Below are positions 57,971-64,000 of a stretch of DNA of 64,000 nucleotides, one piece after another; within the stretch, counting starts at the first letter, position 1, and the number at the start of each line of letters is the position of its first letter. The DNA comes from an uncultured Alphaproteobacteria bacterium (GTDB taxonomy: Bacteria > Pseudomonadota > Alphaproteobacteria > Methylaequorales > Methylaequoraceae), in contig CACBWF010000001.1 in the NCBI GenBank assembly GCA_902542925.1, forward strand, positions 41,569 through 105,568, read 5' to 3'. The notes under the pieces are model-generated. The model was given only the letters and a program-made list of their open reading frames with translations, was not told the DNA's origin and searched no databases. The position numbers were made by a program, and so were the translations under genes.

Positions 57971-58884
57971 GAAGTTAAAAATTGATTTAAAATACTTCTT
58001 CTTAATCCATTGTCAGAAAATGAAATATTTTTAAAAAAAAAGATATTATAAATTCTTCTTAAAATAAAATTTCCATTATCTAAAAGTTTAAATTTTTCAC
58101 CAATGTTTGGCATTTTCTTTTTTTCTTCAACTGACATATTAAAATATTTTTCACTTGTTCTTTTTAATGATTTGTAATCAATCTCAATTTCATTTACTAA
58201 TTTTTTTTCGTAGTAATCTTTTTTTTGGTGAATATTTGCTAGAGAGGTGGCTGTCACACAACATCCAATAGCATTAAATTCATTTACTCTTGAAAAATAT
58301 TTATAATGGAAGTATTTTAATTCTCTATCAATAGATTCAACAACTTTTTTTTTAGACAGCAAGGCAATATATTCTTCTAAGTTAAGGACTCCATAAGGTA
58401 AGGATATATATTTAAATTTATCAAGTGAATCCAATTTATTAAATAGAATTAACTCTGTACTCCCACCACCAATATCAAAAACTAATGAGTATTGATTTTT
58501 TCTTAAATATTTTTTAGAACAACTTTTTAAACATAATTTAGCTTCTTCTTCAGCGGATATTATCTCGACCTCTAAACCTGATTTAGATTTAATTTCTTTA
58601 ACTAACAAATCTGCATTTATTGATTTTCTACAAGCTTCAGTGGCTACACATCTATAAGTTTCTATATCATATTCTTTAATAATTTTTGCCATTTTTTGAA
58701 AAAAAATTACTGTTTTTGATATTACTGAACTATCAAACTCACCTCTGTAAACCAAATTCTTACCCAAAAAAAGTGGTTTTGATACTGTGTGGATGATATT
58801 TAAACTATTATTTTCAACCTCTGCAATCACAAGTCTGCAATTGTAAGTCCCTAAATCAATAGCTGCAACACGCTTTTTATTCAA
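57967..58884 (-). CDS. Ppx/GppA family phosphatase
   Basis: N-terminus RVAAIDLGTYNCRLVIAEV. Second motif DIGGGSTE. Confidence 0.65.
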   Translation of the reverse strand: MNKKRVAAIDLGTYNCRLVIAEVENNSLNIIHTVSKPLFLGKNLVYRGEFDSSVISKTVIFFQKMAKIIKEYDIETYRCVATEACRKSINADLLVKEIKSKSGLEVEIISAEEEAKLCLKSCSKKYLRKNQYSLVFDIGGGSTELILFNKLDSLDKFKYISLPYGVLNLEEYIALLSKKKVVESIDRELKYFHYKYFSRVNEFNAIGCCVTATSLANIHQKKDYYEKKLVNEIEIDYKSLKRTSEKYFNMSVEEKKKMPNIGEKFKLLDNGNFILRRIYNIFFFKNISFSDNGLRRSILNQFLTS

Positions 58885-58967
58885 AATGTTCTCTTTATAA
58901 ATATTTTATTTATTATAATATAAACTCAACTATCTTTTAAGAAATTAAGATACTAAATTTAAGATTT

Positions 58968-60041
58968 ATGAATTTTCCAAACAATAAAAAATTTATTAGT
59001 ACAAAAAGTATTTTGCTGGTATTTGGTTTAATATTTTTTATTTTTTCTTTTTTTAGAGAAAATGACTCAATTGAGAAAGAGCAAATTAAAGACAAAAAAC
59101 CATTATTCAAAGTAGAGGCTAAAGTATTTGAAACGAGTTTATTTTCAGAAAGTTTAGTTTTGAGGGGTTTTACTGAGGCCTCAAGAATGGTAACTATAAA
59201 ATCTCAAGTAGAAGGTAAAATAAGCAGTTTAAATTTCGTTAAGGGAATGCACGTAAAGGCAGGTAAACAAATTTTATTAATTGATCCAGAAGATAAGGTT
59301 GCAAAAGTAAAAGAAATGGAAGCGTTACTGGATCAAAGAAAAAAAGAGTACGAAGTTGCTGAAAAATTATTTAAAAAAGGTTTCAGATCAGAATTAAATT
59401 TAAGTAAAGCAAGAGTCAATTTTGAAAAGGCGCTCGCAACTTATGAAAAAAGTCAGGTTGAATTAAATAATACAAAAATTATTATTCCTTTTGATAGTTT
59501 TTTAGAGAGTAGTTTTGTAGAACTTGGTGATTATTTAAAAAAGGGAGATGAAATTGTCAAAATCGTAGATTTGGATCCTATTTTTTTAACAACTACTGTT
59601 TCTGAAAAATATATTAATCAACTTAAGTTTGGACAAAAAGGAGAAGTATTTCTAAAAAACGGTTATAAAGGTGTTGGTAAGATTAATTATATTTCAGCAA
59701 CAGCTGATCCTCAAACCAAAAAATTTGAAGTGCAAGTTGAATTAAAAAATAGCAATAAAAAAATTTTTTCCGGTGTCACAGGTGAAGTAACAATAAAGCT
59801 TGATCCAAAAAAATCTTTTTTTATACCCTCCTCAATTATTTCTTTAGATGAGAACGGAGATATTGGAATAAAGACAATAACTGACAATAATATTGTTAAA
59901 TTTTTAAATATATCAATAATAAGTGATACCGGAAGTGGTTACTGGATTAATAGCGAAGACCTGGAAAATATTACTGTTATAACAAGAGGTCAAGACTACG
60001 CATTAGAAGGTGATATTGTTGATATAGAGTTTGAAAAATAA
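58968..60041 (+). CDS. RND efflux periplasmic adaptor (membrane fusion protein)
   Basis: N-terminal transmembrane anchor. HlyD-like coiled-coil and beta-barrel segments. Immediately upstream of the RND pump gene. Confidence 0.7.
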   Translation: MNFPNNKKFISTKSILLVFGLIFFIFSFFRENDSIEKEQIKDKKPLFKVEAKVFETSLFSESLVLRGFTEASRMVTIKSQVEGKISSLNFVKGMHVKAGKQILLIDPEDKVAKVKEMEALLDQRKKEYEVAEKLFKKGFRSELNLSKARVNFEKALATYEKSQVELNNTKIIIPFDSFLESSFVELGDYLKKGDEIVKIVDLDPIFLTTTVSEKYINQLKFGQKGEVFLKNGYKGVGKINYISATADPQTKKFEVQVELKNSNKKIFSGVTGEVTIKLDPKKSFFIPSSIISLDENGDIGIKTITDNNIVKFLNISIISDTGSGYWINSEDLENITVITRGQDYALEGDIVDIEFEK

Positions 60042-63000
60042 TGCTCAAAAAACTTTTACTTTCATCTAAAACAATACTCACTCTGCTTTTTTTTATATTT
60101 GTTTATGGATTGTTTACATACTCTACTCTTCCTAGAGAGGCTGATCCAGATATTAGTTTGCCAGTTATATATGTATCTGTACATCACACAGGAATTTCTC
60201 CAGATGACTCTGAGAGATTACTCATAAAGCCATTAGAAAAAGAATTAAAAAAAATAGAGGGACTTAAAAAAATGTCGTCAACTTCATATTTAGGTGGTGG
60301 GAATGTTGTATTGGAATTCGACGCTGGATTCGAATCAAAAACTGCTCTAAACGATGTAAGAGTAAAGGTTGACCTAATGGAAAACAAACTTCCACAAGAT
60401 ACCGAAGAACCTAGAGTTACTGAAATAAATTTATCTAGGTTCCCAGTACTAGCTATTGCATTATCAGGAAATCTTGATGAAAGATTATTAATAAAGTTAT
60501 CAAAAAGATTGAAGGAAAGACTTGAGGGTTTATCAGAGGTTTTAGAAGTAAAAACTGTTGGAGCTAGAGTAAGACAAATAGAAATTTTGGTTGATCCTCT
60601 TACAGTAAAAAATTATGGGTTAACTGCTAATGAGGTTTTAGAATCAATAAAACAAGCTAATATTCTTATTCCAGCTGGAACATTAACAAATGAAACTGGA
60701 AGTTTTAATATACGTGTTCCTGGATTGTTTAAAGAAATAGATGATCTTTTAAAATTACCAATAAAATCAAATGAAAAGTCCTCAGTGAGACTTGGTGATT
60801 TGGCTAAAATAGTTGACTCATTCAAAATTAGACAAGGATTTGCAAGAAATAATGGACAGAGTGCAGTAATACTTGAAGTGTCAAAAAGGTCCGGAGAAAA
60901 CATTATCGACACAATAGAAAAATTGAAAAAAATAATTAATAAAGAAATGAAGAATATTAATAACAGCATAAAGGTCGACTATTTCCAAGATGAATCTAAT
61001 TCTATCAATTCTATGATAAGTGATTTAGAAAATAATATTATATTAGCAGTAATACTTGTTTTAATAATCATAATTTACTGGATGGGCTTAAAACCAGCTA
61101 TCCTGGTAAGTTTGTCAATACCAGGATCTTTTTTATTATCAATGATACTACTATCTACAATTGGAGTAACAATTAATGTTGTAGTCTTATTTTCATTAAT
61201 TTTATCAGTTGGCATTCTAATTGATGGAGCAATAATTGTTGTAGAATATGCAAATCGAAGAGCACTAGAAAATAATTTAGACAATAGATCAATATATATC
61301 TTAGCTGCTCAAAAAATGGCACGCCCTGTTGTGGCTTCTACTTTAACAACACTTGCAGCTTTTTTTCCTCTCATATTTTGGCCAGGTATTGCTGGAGAAT
61401 TTATGTATTATCTTCCTGTGACTTTACTTACAATTTTGAGTTCATCTCTTATCATGGCACTAGTTTTTATACCTACTTTAGGTATCAAATTAAATGCTAA
61501 TAATAGTAACACTTTATATCAAAGTGATAATAATATTAGTTTATTAGAATCCGGTAATTTAGATCAAGTCGATGGTATACAAGGAAAATATATTTCTTTT
61601 TTAAAGTTGGTTTTATTACATCCTGTTAAAATAGTTTTAGGAACTCTTTTTTTATTAATTTCAATTCAAATCATTTACTCAAAGCTAGGTAAAGGATTTG
61701 AGTTTTTTCCTCCTATTGAACCAGATTATGCAGAAATAGTAGTTCATGCGAGAGGTAATCTTTCAGTGTATGATAAAGACAAAATTATAAAAAATATTGA
61801 AGAAATTACATTAAAAAATAAGTATATATCAAACATGTATTCTACTAGTGGTACAGTTCCTGGAGCTAGAAGAGAAGGACCAGAAGATGCAATTGGAAGC
61901 ATAAAATTAGAGTTTGTTGATTGGAGAAAAAGACCGAAAGCAAAATATATTATTAATGACCTCTATGGTGAATTTAATGAAATAGCTGGTATTAAGGTAG
62001 AGATAATAGAAAAAAAAGATGGCCCACCAAAAGACAAAGATGTTGAGATTGAAATTTCAAATTCAAATCTTCAAAATCTTATGTTTGACACTAAAGAATT
62101 ATTAAAATTTCTTAATAAACAAAATTGGGTTTTAAATCTTGATGACGGATTAAATGTTCCTGGAATTGACTGGGAACTTATCGTTGATAGAGAACAAGCA
62201 GATAAATATGGAGTTGATATATCTAAAGTTGGAAATGCTGTACAAATGTTAACCCATGGACTTAAAATTTCAGAATTTATGCCAGAGGATAGCGATGAAG
62301 AAGTTGATATTGTAGTGAAATATAAAAAAAATTTTCAAACCCTTGATGAACTAGATCGTCTTGAAATAGAAAGTAAACAAGGACCTATTTCTTTGAGTTC
62401 TTTTGTCCAAAGAGTTCCTGTTGAAAAAGTAGGAAGAATTAACAGGGTGGATTCTAAAAGATCTGTGAATATAAAATTTGATGTACCAACAGGATACGTA
62501 GCAAATAATTTGGTTAAAGAAATTAAAAGTTGGCAAGAAACAACAAAAAATATGAAGAATTCTATCATTAAGTTTAGGGGCCAAGAAGAAGATCAAGAAG
62601 AAGCTAAAGAATTTCTTTTTAAGGCATTTTTTATTTCAATTTTTTTAATCACTATTATTCTAATAACAACTTTTGAGAAATTTTATTATTGTTTTATAAT
62701 TCTGACTTCAGTAATTATGTCAACTATTGGAGTCATGATAGGACTTTTACTAACTATGCAGCCATTTGGTGTTATTATGTCAGGTATAGGTGTTATTGCT
62801 TTAGCAGGAATTGTTGTAAATAATAATATTGTATTATTAGATACTTATAAAACTATCAGGTCACAAACTTCTGATATTAAAGAAGCAATCATTCGCACAG
62901 GTGCTCAGAGACTTCGGCCAGTTTTACTTACAACTTTAACAACATTTTTTGGTTTAATTCCTATGGCGATAGGATTAAACATAAACTTTATAAATCAAGA

Positions 63001-63157
63001 AATTAATTTTGGAAGTCCTAGTTCTCAATGGTGGTTACAACTGTCAAATGCAATTGTTTTCGGAATTATATTTTCATTTGTATTAACTCTTATTGTAACA
63101 CCGAGTTTAATTTATATTGGGGAACGATTTTTTAAAAGTGAGAATAAGTTTTTTTAA
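60041..63157 (+). CDS. RND family efflux transporter permease (AcrB/HAE1-like)
   Basis: 1038 aa, 12-TM plus two large periplasmic loops. Confidence 0.85.
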   Translation: MLKKLLLSSKTILTLLFFIFVYGLFTYSTLPREADPDISLPVIYVSVHHTGISPDDSERLLIKPLEKELKKIEGLKKMSSTSYLGGGNVVLEFDAGFESKTALNDVRVKVDLMENKLPQDTEEPRVTEINLSRFPVLAIALSGNLDERLLIKLSKRLKERLEGLSEVLEVKTVGARVRQIEILVDPLTVKNYGLTANEVLESIKQANILIPAGTLTNETGSFNIRVPGLFKEIDDLLKLPIKSNEKSSVRLGDLAKIVDSFKIRQGFARNNGQSAVILEVSKRSGENIIDTIEKLKKIINKEMKNINNSIKVDYFQDESNSINSMISDLENNIILAVILVLIIIIYWMGLKPAILVSLSIPGSFLLSMILLSTIGVTINVVVLFSLILSVGILIDGAIIVVEYANRRALENNLDNRSIYILAAQKMARPVVASTLTTLAAFFPLIFWPGIAGEFMYYLPVTLLTILSSSLIMALVFIPTLGIKLNANNSNTLYQSDNNISLLESGNLDQVDGIQGKYISFLKLVLLHPVKIVLGTLFLLISIQIIYSKLGKGFEFFPPIEPDYAEIVVHARGNLSVYDKDKIIKNIEEITLKNKYISNMYSTSGTVPGARREGPEDAIGSIKLEFVDWRKRPKAKYIINDLYGEFNEIAGIKVEIIEKKDGPPKDKDVEIEISNSNLQNLMFDTKELLKFLNKQNWVLNLDDGLNVPGIDWELIVDREQADKYGVDISKVGNAVQMLTHGLKISEFMPEDSDEEVDIVVKYKKNFQTLDELDRLEIESKQGPISLSSFVQRVPVEKVGRINRVDSKRSVNIKFDVPTGYVANNLVKEIKSWQETTKNMKNSIIKFRGQEEDQEEAKEFLFKAFFISIFLITIILITTFEKFYYCFIILTSVIMSTIGVMIGLLLTMQPFGVIMSGIGVIALAGIVVNNNIVLLDTYKTIRSQTSDIKEAIIRTGAQRLRPVLLTTLTTFFGLIPMAIGLNINFINQEINFGSPSSQWWLQLSNAIVFGIIFSFVLTLIVTPSLIYIGERFFKSENKFF

Positions 63158-63863
63158 AATTAATTATAGCAAATGGAAGTGATGCATAATAAAGAGTAAT
63201 TATCAAAATCATTGCTAGCCAAAAATCACTTATTAAGAGTGAAACAATTGAAGCAAAAATTACTAAAAAAAATGGAAGTTCTCTCTTTTTTAATTTCATC
63301 CCCTTAAGAGAATATGTAGGTATGTTCGTTATCATAAGTATTGCAGTTACAATTATTAAAATAGCAGAGAATATTGGTTCGAAATCAATAATATTTTCAA
63401 ATCTAAAACTAATCATCATTGGAAGTAGAACCAAACCTGCAGCAGCGGGCGTAGATACTCCTTTAAAAAATCTTAAATCCTTATCTTCATTCTCTAAAGA
63501 TGCTAGATTAAATTTTGCTAATCTAGAGGCTGAACAAATTGAATAGAAAATAACAAATGCCCAACTATTTTGAATATTTTCAGACAATGTCCATAAATAA
63601 ACAACAATTACAGGTGAAATACCAAAACTAACAAAGTCTGATAATGAATCTAATTCGACACCAAAATTTGAATTGCTTTTAAGTAACCTCGCAATTTTTC
63701 CATCTAGATTGTCTAAAAATGAAGCAAAAACTATACAAGCTACAGCATTCTCCCACTTAAACTCTATAGCAAATTTTATGGCAGTTATCCCTAGTGTTAA
63801 GGAAAAAAAAGTAAAAATATTTGGAATCAAACCTCTAAAGCTCAATTTTTTTTTCATTATCAA
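63132..63863 (-). CDS. pssA: CDP-alcohol phosphatidyltransferase, probably phosphatidylserine synthase (true start perhaps ATG at 63857)
   Basis: [11 protein letters not shown]...GVELDSLSD is the CDP-alcohol phosphatidyltransferase motif. Confidence 0.6.
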   Translation of the reverse strand: MIMKKKLSFRGLIPNIFTFFSLTLGITAIKFAIEFKWENAVACIVFASFLDNLDGKIARLLKSNSNFGVELDSLSDFVSFGISPVIVVYLWTLSENIQNSWAFVIFYSICSASRLAKFNLASLENEDKDLRFFKGVSTPAAAGLVLLPMMISFRFENIIDFEPIFSAILIIVTAILMITNIPTYSLKGMKLKKRELPFFLVIFASIVSLLISDFWLAMILIITLYYASLPFAIINFKKTYSHF

Positions 63864-64000
63864 ATATTTTTAGGTGATTTTAATTTTTTTGTTGAAGCAA
63901 TTTTAGTTTCACCACCAATAACAGTTTGACCTTTTAAAACCTCAATTTCATAATCTGTAGGCAAGTACAAATCAACTCTACTTCCAAATCTAATTATACC
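63860..64000 (-). CDS. psd: Phosphatidylserine decarboxylase, C-terminal part (5' end beyond window)
   Basis: Reverse-strand translation ...[35 protein letters not shown] matches the Psd C-terminal MGSTV-type motif. Adjacent to pssA. Confidence 0.5.
   Translation of the reverse strand, partial: GIIRFGSRVDLYLPTDYEIEVLKGQTVIGGETKIASTKKLKSPKNI

Noticed and set aside
63673-63873. 66-aa plus-strand ORF overlapping the pssA start and the psd stop
   Set aside because: Antisense to two supported genes. Low complexity.

Overview
AT-rich (roughly 25-35% GC) bacterial chromosome segment with alphaproteobacterial hallmarks: flagellar promoters of the sigma-54 type, an FlgJ that has only the rod-binding domain, short (~260 aa) flagellins and FlmG-like flagellin glycosyltransferases. 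In order, the window holds: (1) the 3' part of a lytic transglycosylase gene, an Hsp20 gene with a heat-shock-type control region, a Fur-box-fronted Fe(3+) ABC transporter operon, and a TupA-type tungstate/molybdate ABC operon with a TOBE protein and a BASS-family transporter. (2) A compact flagellar locus flgG-flgH-flgI-flgJ(rod-binding only)-flgK-flgL preceded by a textbook sigma-54 promoter. Its FlgK is a giant of 1689 aa carrying a ~1200-aa Ser/Thr/Gly/Asn-rich insertion with internal repeats. It is followed by four flagellin genes (three short divergent ones and one canonical 514-aa one), fliD, and three FliS-like chaperone paralogs. (3) A very low-GC glycan biosynthesis island of ~29 kb (24.3-53.6 kb) interleaved with these flagellar genes. 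It carries two TPR plus GT9-like glycosyltransferases (FlmG-like), GT2 and GT25 transferases, a PseB/LegB-like dehydratase, two DegT aminotransferases, a NeuC/LegG-like 2-epimerase and RmlA/RmlB. A cupin ketoisomerase plus a sugar N-formyltransferase predict a dTDP-3-formamido-3,6-dideoxyhexose. Decorating enzymes include TylF, FkbM and SAM methyltransferases, a sulfotransferase, an ATP-grasp enzyme and a 2OG-oxygenase-like protein. One gene contains a 17-nt poly-A tract. (4) Housekeeping genes: guaA, guaB, rlmE, a Ppx/GppA phosphatase, an RND efflux pair, pssA and a partial psd. No tRNA or rRNA genes, CRISPR arrays, transposases or integrases were recognised. The most interesting content is the predicted flagellin glycosylation and modification system and the giant repeat-bearing FlgK. 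The system features duplicated FlmG-like transferases, multiple FliS paralogs, an N-formyl-aminosugar pathway, and sulfation and methylation enzymes.
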